NCBI GenBank assembly: GCA_016285885.1
Contig: JAEERP010000003.1
Coordinates: 127,510-191,509, forward strand
DNA: 64,000 bases
Source: Paludibacteraceae bacterium
GTDB taxonomy: Bacteria; Bacteroidota; Bacteroidia; Bacteroidales; Paludibacteraceae
Direction: 5' to 3'
In this document: in pieces, positions 28,657 to 39,000 of the stretch
Numbering within the stretch: the stretch's first letter is position 1
Layout: every line of letters starts with the position of its first letter
Position numbers and translations under genes: made by a program
Notes under the pieces: model-generated
What the model was told of the DNA's origin: nothing
Databases searched by the model: none
The model's input: the letters and a program-made list of their open reading frames with translations, nothing else

Positions 28657-30603
28657 ATGAGTGAACAAAACAAAGAGACCTCTTATTCCGCCAAAAACAT
28701 TCAGGTGTTGGAAGGCCTTGAGGCAGTGAGGAAGCGTCCTGCGATGTACATCGGAGACATCAGCGAGCGCGGTTTGCACCACCTGGTATATGAGGTTGTT
28801 GACAACTCCATCGACGAGGCGTTAGCCGGATATTGTAAGAATATCAAGGTGGATATTTTGGAAGATAATTCTATTTCGGTAGAGGATGATGGTCGTGGTA
28901 TTCCTGTTGACCTCCATGAAAAGGAGAAGAAATCAGCGCTCGAAGTCGTCATGACGGTGTTGCACGCCGGTGGTAAGTTCGATAAGGGAACGTACAAGGT
29001 CTCCGGTGGTCTCCACGGTGTGGGTGTATCCTGCGTGAACGCCCTCTCCACGAAATTGGTCGCCGAGGTGTGCCGTGGCGGCAAACGCTACATCCAGGAG
29101 TACGCCTGCGGTAAACCGCTGTACGCTGTGAAGGAGGTGGGCACCGCCGACAAGACGGGTACGAAGGTCACCTTCCACCCTGATAGCTCCATCTTCACGG
29201 AGACGGTCTATAAGTACGATATCCTCGCCAACCGTCTGCGCGACTTGGCTTACCTGAATGCGGGTATCCGTATCACTCTCACCGACCATCGTGCCGATGC
29301 GGAGGGCAATATGCGTTCGGATGTCTTCCACTCGGAGAGAGGTCTGGGCGAGTTCGTCGAGTACTTGGACAGCACCCGTGAGCACCTGATCCCTGACGTG
29401 ATCCACATCAATACGGACAAGTACGGTACGCCGGTCGAGGTGGCGATGACTTACAACACTTCTTACAACGAGAACATCCACTCCTACGTCAATAACATCA
29501 ACACCATCGAGGGCGGTACGCACGTGACCGGCTTCCGCATGGCACTGACGAGGACGTTGAAGAAATATGCCGAGGACTCCAAGATGTTGGAGAAGGCGAA
29601 GGTGGAGATCAATGGCGATGACTTCCGCGAGGGTCTGACCGCCGTCATCTCCGTAAAGGTGGCTGAGCCTCAGTTCGAGGGACAGACGAAGACGAAGTTA
29701 GGTAACGATGAGGTTTCCGGTATCGTGCAACAGGCTGTCGGTGAAGCCCTCACGAACTACTTGGAGGAGCATCCGAAGGAGGCGCGCATGATCGTCGACA
29801 AGGTGATCCTCGCCGCCCGTGCCCGTATCGCCGCCCGCAAGGCACGCGACCTCGTGCAGAGGAAATCTCCGATGGGTGGCGCTGGTCTGCCGGGTAAGCT
29901 GGCCGACTGCTCCGACAAGAACCCTGAGAACTGCGAGCTGTTCCTCGTCGAGGGAGACTCCGCAGGTGGTACGGCTAAACAGGGCCGTAACCGTATGACG
30001 CAAGCGATCCTGCCTTTGCGTGGTAAGATCCTGAACGTCGAGAAGGCTATGCCTCATAAAGTGCTCGAAAGCGAGGAAATCAAGAATATCTACACCGCCT
30101 TGGGCGTCACGATCGGTACGGAGGATGACGCGAAGGCGCTGAATATGGAGAAACTCCGTTACCACAAGGTGATCATCATGACCGATGCCGATGTCGATGG
30201 TAGCCACATCGACACGCTGATCCTTACCTTCTTCTTCAGACACATGCGTGAACTGATCGAGAAGGGTTATGTCTACATCGCCGCACCTCCGCTCTATCTC
30301 TGCAAGAAGGGCAACGTGGAGGAGTATTGCTGGACTGACCAGCAGAAGCAGGCCTTCGTGGACAAGTACGGAAGTGGTAACGAGAGCTCGGTGAACATCC
30401 AACGATACAAAGGTTTGGGTGAGATGAGTGCGGAGCAGTTGTGGTCCACGACCATGAACCCTGAGAACCGCACCCTCAGACAAGTGTCCATCGAGAATGT
30501 GGCACAGGCCGATTACACCTTCTCCATGCTGATGGGTGACGACGTGGCTCCTCGCCGCCAATTCATCGAAGAAAACGCCACATACGCCACTATCGATACT
30601 TAA
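28657..30603 (+). CDS. gyrB: DNA gyrase subunit B
   Basis: 648 aa. LEGLEAVRKRPAMYIG, GGLHGVG, EGDSAGG, PLRGKILNVE, DADVDGSHI. Confidence 0.98.
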   Translation: MSEQNKETSYSAKNIQVLEGLEAVRKRPAMYIGDISERGLHHLVYEVVDNSIDEALAGYCKNIKVDILEDNSISVEDDGRGIPVDLHEKEKKSALEVVMTVLHAGGKFDKGTYKVSGGLHGVGVSCVNALSTKLVAEVCRGGKRYIQEYACGKPLYAVKEVGTADKTGTKVTFHPDSSIFTETVYKYDILANRLRDLAYLNAGIRITLTDHRADAEGNMRSDVFHSERGLGEFVEYLDSTREHLIPDVIHINTDKYGTPVEVAMTYNTSYNENIHSYVNNINTIEGGTHVTGFRMALTRTLKKYAEDSKMLEKAKVEINGDDFREGLTAVISVKVAEPQFEGQTKTKLGNDEVSGIVQQAVGEALTNYLEEHPKEARMIVDKVILAARARIAARKARDLVQRKSPMGGAGLPGKLADCSDKNPENCELFLVEGDSAGGTAKQGRNRMTQAILPLRGKILNVEKAMPHKVLESEEIKNIYTALGVTIGTEDDAKALNMEKLRYHKVIIMTDADVDGSHIDTLILTFFFRHMRELIEKGYVYIAAPPLYLCKKGNVEEYCWTDQQKQAFVDKYGSGNESSVNIQRYKGLGEMSAEQLWSTTMNPENRTLRQVSIENVAQADYTFSMLMGDDVAPRRQFIEENATYATIDT

Positions 30604-30611
30604 TCTGAATA

Positions 30612-31223
30612 ATGATGAAAGAGGAAATCGAGCGGATAATCAAACACGAGGCCGAGGCGGTCTTGAACATCCCGATCACGGATGATTACAAGAAGGCGGT
30701 GGACTTGATCGTGAAGCATGTCCACGAAAAGCATGGCAAACTCGTGACCAGTGGTATGGGCAAGGCGGGTCAAATCGCTTTGAACATCGCCACGACATTC
30801 AGTTCCACGGGTACGCCTGCCGTATTCCTGCACCCGAGCGAGGCGCAGCATGGCGACTTGGGCTTGCTGCAGGAGAATGACATCATGCTCCTGATCTCCA
30901 ACTCGGGTAAGACGCGTGAGATCCTGGAATTGATGCCTTTGGCACGCCGCCTCCGTCCGGACATTAAGTTCATTGTCATCACGGGCAATGCGGAGAGTTT
31001 GTTGGCCCACGAGGCGGACGCACTCCTCTACACGGGCAACCCGAAGGAGGTGTGCGCCCTTGGTCTGACGCCTACCACCTCCACCACCATCATGACGGTC
31101 ATCGGTGACATCCTGGTGGTCAGCACCATGAAGGCCATCGCATTCACCAATGAGGAGTATGCGAAACGTCACCATGGCGGGTACCTCGGCGAAAAGTCCA
31201 GGGAGCAGAGCAATAACGGATGA
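30612..31223 (+). CDS. Single-domain SIS protein, likely arabinose-5-phosphate isomerase (KdsD-like, no CBS domains)
   Basis: 203 aa. GMGKAGQIA, ISNSGKT. Single-domain APIs of this kind are described in Bacteroides. Confidence 0.7.
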   Translation: MMKEEIERIIKHEAEAVLNIPITDDYKKAVDLIVKHVHEKHGKLVTSGMGKAGQIALNIATTFSSTGTPAVFLHPSEAQHGDLGLLQENDIMLLISNSGKTREILELMPLARRLRPDIKFIVITGNAESLLAHEADALLYTGNPKEVCALGLTPTTSTTIMTVIGDILVVSTMKAIAFTNEEYAKRHHGGYLGEKSREQSNNG

Positions 31224-31247
31224 TGATATATATCCAACCTTATAGCA

Positions 31248-31283
31248 AAGACGGTGAGTCTCAGGATTCACCGTCTTTTGTGT
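31248..31283 (+). terminator. Rho-independent terminator candidate
   Basis: AAGACGGTGA-loop-TCACCGTCTTTTGTG. Confidence 0.65.
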
Positions 31284-31351
31284 TTCAGCCCTTTATTTAT
31301 AAGGGATAGCGTCTATTCTTGACTTAACGGAGGAAAAAAACAATAAAAATA

Positions 31352-31383
31352 TTTGTCAGATAAAAAAATAGGCATTACTTTTG
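31352..31383 (+). promoter_or_regulatory. Bacteroidetes-type promoter candidate for tRNA-Glu / rpsT
   Basis: TTTG (31352-31355), a 20-nt spacer, then TACTTTTG (31376-31383), which matches the TAnnTTTG -7 box. Confidence 0.5.
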
Positions 31384-31422
31384 CACCGCATTTGAGACAC
31401 AGAACTCAAACGCAAAAAGGCT

Positions 31423-31494
31423 GGCCTCTTCGTCTATCGGCTAGGACGAGAGATTTTCATTCTCTAAAGAGGGGTTCGACTCCCCTAGAGGCTA
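31423..31494 (+). tRNA. tRNA-Glu (anticodon TTC)
   Basis: Acceptor GGCCTCT/AGAGGCT, anticodon stem AGAGA/TCTCT with loop TTTTCAT, T-arm AGGGG-TTCGACT-CCCCT. Confidence 0.88.
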
Positions 31495-31521
31495 CTAATA
31501 AACAATAAAGACATATTAAAA

Positions 31522-31773
31522 ATGGCAAATCACAAATCATCAATCAAAAGAGTAAGACAAGCTGAGGCCAAGAGATTGCAGAACAGATACTACGCAAAGA
31601 CTGCGCGTAACGCTGTCCGTGACTTGAGGGCTATGAAGGATAAAGAGGAAGCTGCAAAGAGACTTCCTGAGGTATCTTCTATGTTGGATAAGTTGGTTAA
31701 GACACACGTTATCCACAAGAACAAGGCTTCTAACTTGAAGTCTAAGTTGAGCATCATGATCAACAAGCTGTAA
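31522..31773 (+). CDS. rpsT: 30S ribosomal protein S20
   Basis: 83 aa. [21 protein letters not shown]. Confidence 0.95.
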   Translation: MANHKSSIKRVRQAEAKRLQNRYYAKTARNAVRDLRAMKDKEEAAKRLPEVSSMLDKLVKTHVIHKNKASNLKSKLSIMINKL

Positions 31774-31801
31774 TTAGAGGCGACTTGTTTGAAAGGAATA
31801 T

Positions 31802-31832
31802 GAAGCCCATCTTTTCAGGTGGGCTTCTTTTT
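31802..31832 (+). terminator. Rho-independent terminator of rpsT
   Basis: GAAGCCCA-loop-TGGGCTTC followed by TTTTT. Confidence 0.8.
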
Positions 31833-31842
31833 CGTGTATAAT

Positions 31843-33123
31843 ATGCAACTAGAGTCTGCGCCTGAATCGTTGTCCCTAAAGGACTTCCTTGCGAGCGTCA
31901 AGGGAGTGCTTGCGGATGCCTATGCGGAGACATATTGGGTCCGCGCGGAGATCAGCGAAATGCGCGAGAACGCCAACGGAAACTGCTACCTCGTTTTAGT
32001 TGACAAGGGATCCTCGGAGAGACTCATCGAGGCGAAGGTCAGCGCCATCATCTGGCAAAACATCTATAAACTGATGAAGCCCTTCTTCTTCGCGGAGACG
32101 CAACGGACGCTCTGCCCCGGCATGAAGGTGCTGGTGGCGGTGAGCCTCACCTTCCACGAAGTATATGGCATGCAACTGGTCATCCGTGACATAGACCCCT
32201 CCTTCACGATAGGTGACATGGCGAGGAAACGTCAGGAGACGATCAACCAGTTGAAGAAGGATGGCGTATGGGACATGAACCGCCAAGTGGAGTTCCCTGT
32301 TCCTGCAAGGCACATCGCCGTGATCTCCTCGGGTACGGCGGCTGGCTACGGTGACTTTTGCGATCAACTGCTGGCGGACGGCAACCGCTTCGGCTTTGCG
32401 CCCAAACTCTTCCCGGCGGTGATGCAGGGAGACCAGACCGCAAGGAGCATCATCAATGCACTAGATAAGATTTACGAAGAGATAGACCGTTTCGACGTGG
32501 TGGTGATCATCCGAGGCGGTGGCGCCACAACCGACATGGCCGCCTTCGACGAGTATAATTTAGCCTGCAATGTGGCGAACTTCCCGCTGCCTATCCTTAC
32601 GGGCATCGGACACGACCGTGACGAATCTGTCGTCGACATGGTAGCGGCTATCCGTTGCAAGACACCTACCGCAGTGGCAGCATTCCTGGTGGAGACGATG
32701 ATGGAACTGGAGGCGGAGCTCAACACCGTGTCCACCCAAATCATACGAGCCATCCACCAACGACTCTCCGATGAGGAACATGAGGTGGAACACCTCTCCC
32801 ATGCCCTGGCGAGTGTCTGCCGCTTGGCGATACAATCCGCCAACCAATGGGTGGAGATGTGCGGTGTACGATTGTCCTCCGCCCTGCATACCCGTCTGAT
32901 GGAGGAGAGCCATCGTTTGGAGATGATGGAGAAATCGCTGTCGTTGGTATCCCCGGAGGCGATCCTCAAGAAAGGATATAGCCTGACGATGTGCGGAGGA
33001 AAGGTGGTATCGTCCGTCTCAAGCCTTCGGGAAGGCGATGTGATCACCACCTATCTGCGAGACGGCAACATACAAAGTGTAATCAATAAATGCGAGGAAA
33101 ATGAAGAAGGAGATGACCTATAA
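31843..33123 (+). CDS. xseA: Exodeoxyribonuclease VII large subunit
   Basis: The ORF-track start at 31819 lies inside the rpsT terminator, so I moved the start to the ATG at 31843 (MQLESAPESLSLKDFL). OB-fold N-terminus plus IIRGGGATTD and GIGHDRD motifs. Confidence 0.92.
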   Translation: MQLESAPESLSLKDFLASVKGVLADAYAETYWVRAEISEMRENANGNCYLVLVDKGSSERLIEAKVSAIIWQNIYKLMKPFFFAETQRTLCPGMKVLVAVSLTFHEVYGMQLVIRDIDPSFTIGDMARKRQETINQLKKDGVWDMNRQVEFPVPARHIAVISSGTAAGYGDFCDQLLADGNRFGFAPKLFPAVMQGDQTARSIINALDKIYEEIDRFDVVVIIRGGGATTDMAAFDEYNLACNVANFPLPILTGIGHDRDESVVDMVAAIRCKTPTAVAAFLVETMMELEAELNTVSTQIIRAIHQRLSDEEHEVEHLSHALASVCRLAIQSANQWVEMCGVRLSSALHTRLMEESHRLEMMEKSLSLVSPEAILKKGYSLTMCGGKVVSSVSSLREGDVITTYLRDGNIQSVINKCEENEEGDDL

Positions 33124-33289
33124 AGCGGCCATGGCCGAGTTGAAAGAGATACTGGACCTCTTGGAGAGCGGACAAACAGACATGGATGAGCTGACAAAGA
33201 AAGCCAAACGTGCGAAAGAACTATTGCAGTTCTGCAAAGAGAAACTCTATCACACCTCGGAAGAGGTGGAGAGCCTCATCGACAAATAG
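33101..33289 (+). CDS. xseB: Exodeoxyribonuclease VII small subunit
   Basis: 62 aa. TYKAAMAELKEILDLLESG. Overlaps the end of xseA. Confidence 0.88.
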   Translation: MKKEMTYKAAMAELKEILDLLESGQTDMDELTKKAKRAKELLQFCKEKLYHTSEEVESLIDK

Positions 33290-33411
33290 GCTTCTGAGTT
33301 TGTCAACTCACCCATGTGATTCTGTCAACCCGCTTACCTATATGGATTCTAACCATCCACTATAGGGTAAGGCATCATCGCTGATGCGGGGAGGCCTATC
33401 GCCCCACCCCT

Positions 33412-34941
33412 TTATTTTTTGAATGTCAGTTTGTTAACGCTAAACACGCGACGCTTCCCGTCGTCAGATTTAATCTTCAACAAACCTGTTATTAAGAAAT
33501 TATTCTCATACCAATAATCAGTGTCAAGGAGTTCAGCCGTCTTCAGCCTCTCTCCTTCATCAACATATGGCACCTCATCCCTTTTCGTCAACTCGCCATC
33601 CAAGCCAAACGTGATATAGTTCATCTTGCCATATTCAGGATAGACGAGGTCTATGCTATTCGCCTCCTTGCTGATAGAGATGTGGCGGGAAAGCTTCTTA
33701 GACAAAGGCGCCGAGAAAGGAGCGGCATTACTCCATATCACATTACCATGCTGGTCATATTCGATTATAAAGAAATGGGTGAACGCATACCCGTCAAATA
33801 CCCTGTGCCACGTGGTTTTAGCCTTACCATCCATGCCTATCTCGGTTCTCGCCTCCATGTGAGTCTGCTCATAATAAGACTCTCCGAGCAAGATGTATTT
33901 ATCGTTATCAATGATAATCTTATGAGGCAACATCAAATAGTTGACATTTAACTCCTCACCTTTCTTCGCCTTCTTTTCCTTGCCCTTCTCTACCCTTTTC
34001 TGGTATCTATCCGAGAAACATTCGAGATAATTTCGTATGTCATGGAAATTGGTGTAATTTGAGAAGACGGTCGCCCCATTCTTAATCTTCTTCATATATA
34101 CACCAGAAGCAATCTTGGTGCTCGCATTTTTGGCCTTAGATCCTTCTATAGAGTAAGTTCCTGATATGATGTAAGATCCATCATCCGTTTTGCAAGCATA
34201 CACCGTTGAAGGAATCTTGCCATCCCCCTCAGAAGTGATGGTATAGTTCTGAACGATTTTGTTTTTGGAAATCACATAAAACTTCAGCACATACTCCTTG
34301 TTCACTCTTTCCTTCAGGAACAGATATGATTCTTCCACATTATCCGCCGTTTCGAACGATACATAGACGGAACTTCTCTTGTCCTCCACCGGCACTTCGA
34401 TCACATTCTTCTCTCCCGTCTTTACATTGATGCAAAGCACGTATGGTAATTTATCCGCTATACCCATAATGTAGGCATAACCACCCGCCGCGCGTCGAGC
34501 CTTCACATCCGACCTCCTGTCAATGTCTCCCTGGAAGAAGGTTGGCGTCAAAGTTTCTCCGTCAAGGTATAGGAGTTCATAATCTCCACGGCGGAACATA
34601 CACGCCCTAAAGAGATTGCTGCCATCCGTGAAATAGTCGTTTTCAGGCCTTATTCTCTGTTCTGCGCAAAGAACATCTGCCGTCTTCACCATCTTCAACG
34701 CTGTATCATATTTGCAAAATGTGATGATCTCCTTGTTATTTTCCAGCCTCTTCTGCTTTTCATCTGATTTCAGCGTCAACAACATTCCTCCTTTGCCGAT
34801 TGGATCACATCTTTGGATATCAACATCCTTTTCATTCTCAATCTCTGTGCGCTTAATCTGCACCTTCCTACTCTGAGCACTTAATGATGTCCACGTAGAA
34901 GACATAAGAAGCACCAGAATGACTGCAAAAATTTTCTTCAT
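33412..34941 (-). CDS. Secreted hypothetical protein (about 509 aa)
   Basis: Start moved to MKKIFAVILVLLMSSTWTSLSAQ (ATG at 34941). No recognisable motifs. AT-rich. Confidence 0.7.
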   Translation of the reverse strand: MKKIFAVILVLLMSSTWTSLSAQSRKVQIKRTEIENEKDVDIQRCDPIGKGGMLLTLKSDEKQKRLENNKEIITFCKYDTALKMVKTADVLCAEQRIRPENDYFTDGSNLFRACMFRRGDYELLYLDGETLTPTFFQGDIDRRSDVKARRAAGGYAYIMGIADKLPYVLCINVKTGEKNVIEVPVEDKRSSVYVSFETADNVEESYLFLKERVNKEYVLKFYVISKNKIVQNYTITSEGDGKIPSTVYACKTDDGSYIISGTYSIEGSKAKNASTKIASGVYMKKIKNGATVFSNYTNFHDIRNYLECFSDRYQKRVEKGKEKKAKKGEELNVNYLMLPHKIIIDNDKYILLGESYYEQTHMEARTEIGMDGKAKTTWHRVFDGYAFTHFFIIEYDQHGNVIWSNAAPFSAPLSKKLSRHISISKEANSIDLVYPEYGKMNYITFGLDGELTKRDEVPYVDEGERLKTAELLDTDYWYENNFLITGLLKIKSDDGKRRVFSVNKLTFKK

Positions 34942-35131
34942 GGTATAAATATTTAAATTAATAATTACAAACAAAGAAGGACACTCTCCATCGGACCCGA
35001 CAGATGTCCTACATTACAAAAATAATAAAAAAAATAAAAAGCGCAAGAACGAAAGTTGCTGCATACGTGACAAATTCCCCAAAAACAACATCTGTCAAAC
35101 ACGCCAAGGATCAATGGCTGGGAAAGAAAGG

Positions 35132-36004
35132 TCACTCATTGTCGTCAATCTCAGGGAACTTGCGATTACGATCATATTTATAATACTCATACTCCTCGTC
35201 CATAATGATACATCCATTTGCGGTCGTATACCTAATGCCATTCCTGACCAACGTCGAGAATATTTGGTTTATCAAATCTACATTTTCCTTGCTGTTCTCA
35301 AGACGAAGGAGCCCCTCCGCCGCATATATCCTGCCTGCCGGATGATCCCCCTTCAACAAGGAAATGAAAATATCCTTATCATTTAGCTTTAACAATTTTT
35401 CCATGGCAATTCTACCATCAGGCTTAGCGCCAGCAATACCATAGGCATAGCCATAAATGTTACTTGACAATGGCTCGCATTCATCTACCGAGTATAAACG
35501 ATCATAATATTCTTTGTATTCTTGGGGAATTACAACGGCTTTACACTCTCCCACAATTTCCTTTTTGTAGTCATTGTATTTTTCATAATTAAGGTCATTC
35601 TCGTATCTATATTTATAACCACCATATCTTGAAAAGATTTTGGAATATCGTTCTTGCAGATCTGCCCCAATATGGTTTTTGATATTATCGTAACCATAGA
35701 TTTCAATGGACATCTTGATAAGTTGCTCCTTAAATACGACATAATTAATATTCACTGACACACCACCTCCGGAGATTCCGTCGCAATACTGTTGTAGTCC
35801 GAAACCTAGCTGGATCGAATTTTCATTCACATTTCCAGTTAATTTACGAATGGAGCTATCCGTAAAATCATTCTTCTCTATAAAATCCAATGTGGAACGA
35901 AGAACAGCCTCACCTTTATGAACCTGATTCATGTTCACATCCTCTGAGAAGGAATTGAAGACACTGCATAAAAGCAATATAATAGAGAATAATTTCTTTG
36001 TCAT
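35132..36004 (-). CDS. Secreted hypothetical protein
   Basis: 290 aa. Signal peptide MTKKLFSIILLLCSVFNSFS. AT-rich. No recognised family. Confidence 0.7.
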   Translation of the reverse strand: MTKKLFSIILLLCSVFNSFSEDVNMNQVHKGEAVLRSTLDFIEKNDFTDSSIRKLTGNVNENSIQLGFGLQQYCDGISGGGVSVNINYVVFKEQLIKMSIEIYGYDNIKNHIGADLQERYSKIFSRYGGYKYRYENDLNYEKYNDYKKEIVGECKAVVIPQEYKEYYDRLYSVDECEPLSSNIYGYAYGIAGAKPDGRIAMEKLLKLNDKDIFISLLKGDHPAGRIYAAEGLLRLENSKENVDLINQIFSTLVRNGIRYTTANGCIIMDEEYEYYKYDRNRKFPEIDDNE

Positions 36005-36033
36005 ATCCAGTGGTTTATGAATCGTTGCTAAAT

Positions 36034-39000
36034 TTATTTCACCAACACCTTCTCCCCCTTGATGATATACACTCCCTTAGGCATATCCTCTAGATTTTCA
36101 GGGCTTTTGCGCACGAAACGTCCCTGGAGATCATAGACACGGTCGCTGCCGGAAGGGTCGGAACTGATGTCTTCCACGTCTGTCGTGCCTCCCTCATAAC
36201 GGAGTTGGAAGTGGTCGTAAGCTACCCAGTCGGAGGAGACGATCGCTTGCTTGCGAAGGCCCAACCGTATAGTCTTTTCCTCGTTGAGGTCAATGCTCAC
36301 GGAGACGGGCGCATAGGCGCTTGCGTCATTGAGCGCGGAAGAGGCTTGTTTGAGGTTGTCAGGGTAGGTATAAGGGTTGTACGTGTAGGCGGAAGAACTG
36401 AACAGATTAGACACTGTGGTGGCGACATCGTTCATATAGAGTTGTGCATTTTGTGTCGAACTGGCGTTGCTCCGCCATGCTTGATAGCCTGCTTCGATTG
36501 AGCCTGTCCGATAAAAGGCTTTGCACGTGAGGGTGTAGGTGCCTGCCGGAAGTCCTTGAAGCTCCTGCCAGATATCGAACGGACGTGAATACTGCTCCGC
36601 TGTCTCGTTGGCATAGGCATTGTAGGCGACACTGAGGTCCGCCCCCTGCCATCCCACATTGTAGCGTGTGAAGGAACTGTTGGTGATGAGGAAGGTGAGG
36701 TTGGCTGGCCGACCGCTTCGTGCAAGTGCCAACTGACTCTGCTGATAGGCGGCTACCGCTTCCTTCAAGGTCTCGTATGCGTTATTGATTGCGGAGGCGG
36801 AGGAGCTTGACGAGTTGAGGACTCGTGACGCCGAATTGTATGCCTGCTTGAGGTCATCATCCCCGCAGTCGTTGACATAGTTTTTCACCTCCATCACTAA
36901 ATTCTTGAAGTCCTGACGCTCGGCATCAGGATTCTTGTAGTCGGTGTACTCCATGGCCGTTGCGCATCGTCCCAGCTCCATCACCTGCTCGGCTGAGAGG
37001 GCGGTGTCGAAGATGAGGAAGTCGTCGAACAGGGCATTCTCCATGATCGCATCAGAGGTGAATGGCGAGTGACCGATGGTGAAACGTGTGATGTCATTGA
37101 TGAACGATGATGGTTTAACCGTCACGTCCACCTCGTTTTTGAGGTGACCATCCACATAGATGCGACCGACATTGCCCTGTTGCGTGTAGGTGATATTATG
37201 CCAGTCGCCGATGCTGACGCCAGCGTATGAGTGCGCCCCCTCGGTGCTTCCTCCCTTGATTTCGTAGTACCAATCGCTGTTACCTCCCTTGTTGACAAGT
37301 CCGATGTAGTGATCGGTGCCCTGTTCCATGGAGTATGCCCAGCAGAATTTGCCCGTATTGTTTCCGACACGTTGCAACATATTGATACTTATGGTATAAT
37401 CCTTTACAGTAGCGAACGTCTGTTTGGCAGCGGCCACAGGTATGTTCATATAACTGCCTTCACCCTTACTGCCCGTGGCAAGCACATGGTTACCGTCGTC
37501 GAGGGTGACGATGGAGGCCTTCCCCATCAGTTCGCAGGTATATTTACCACCATCGTCTATGGCTTTCCCCTTTTCGAAGCTAAAGCTCAGGACAGGCTCC
37601 GGCAGAGGGTCTGGCTGTGGCGGTGTGACATTATTGACCTGCAGACGTATCACGCCTACGGAATAGGCGGGACAAGTATAGGCTATCGTGTTATCGCTCT
37701 CGACGGAGAGTTGTTGTGTGCGAGGCACGATGCGTTGCGGATTCGAAGTGGTGTTCTCGTCAGTGCCTCTGGAGGCGGAGAGTATTTCGGCTTCCGCAGC
37801 CTCAACATGGCCACCTGCAAGGGAAAGCTTCACATCCCTCTGGGTACCGGATGGATTGACTATCTTAACGTACATCATGCCCGTCTCATCGTCGATGCTG
37901 GCTGAGGTGTAGACGGTACGGGCGCCGTATGTGCGGAGAGTGGCTTCGATGATCACCTCACCGTCGAGGTAGCAGCGCACATGCTGACCCTCTTTTTGGA
38001 TACGGATGGTGTAGTCTTTCCCTGTGGTAAGTGTTCCGGCTTTTTCTCCGAGAACACTCTTGAAACCGTTCTGACACTGCTCCACGGCGTGTTTCGAATT
38101 GCTCCATCCACCGAGGTTGAGCCATGCATAGTTGTTTTCATCAATGTAATTGAAGATGATGAGGAAGCCTTCCGAACCGCTTTGCTTCGTGGCGTGAACG
38201 GTCATATCGAGAGTTGTCAGGTCATAGGCGTTCTTCAGCCAGCAGCGGACATCCGTCTGTGAGGCATTGGTCTGTCGGAAAGTACCGTTGCTGATACTCC
38301 ATGAGCCACGTACTGTAGACCAGTCTGACGAGGCTGTTCGATTGCCCGTGATGACCGTGCCATCCGCGATCTTCGCCTGCAGGTCAGTGAAGGTGGCGGC
38401 GGTGGCCCATGTGGCGAAACCGATGGAGCCTTGGTTGGCGTTGAGGCTGGTGCCATTGTTCTTCTCCGTCCAGCGGATATTCTGTTTGCCTATGTTGTTT
38501 GAGAACATTTTTTGGACGTGGTACGAAGGCGTGCCGTAGCTCATAGAGCTGTTGAAACGTATCATATCGGGACGCCAGTTGAAGTTGTCCTCATGGGTGA
38601 AGATTGGCGCGTAGCTCATCATCCTGACCGCCTCGCTATTGTTCTCGCAACCCTGCATGAAGACGGCTTCGCCAATGGCTGCGTTCATGTTACCAAGCGT
38701 TCCGTAGTCCTTCGTCACGGCATATTCGCCCACATAGATATGGGTCGTGGATTTGGACTGGTTGTCATAACGTCCGTATTGGCTGATGAAGAAGTCGGGG
38801 GATTCGTAGTAGTGCTCATCCTTCAGTTCCACAGGTTCCGTGATATCGTCGAACAAGTAGCTGTCGGCGATGAGGTGCAGATTGGGCCAACGAGTCCTGA
38901 TGGCGTGGTAGAACTGCATATAACGTTTCATGTAGTCGTTGCGGTTGAGCATGAACTCCTGCTCGTTACCGATCTCCAAATATTTCAGGTTGAATGGCTC

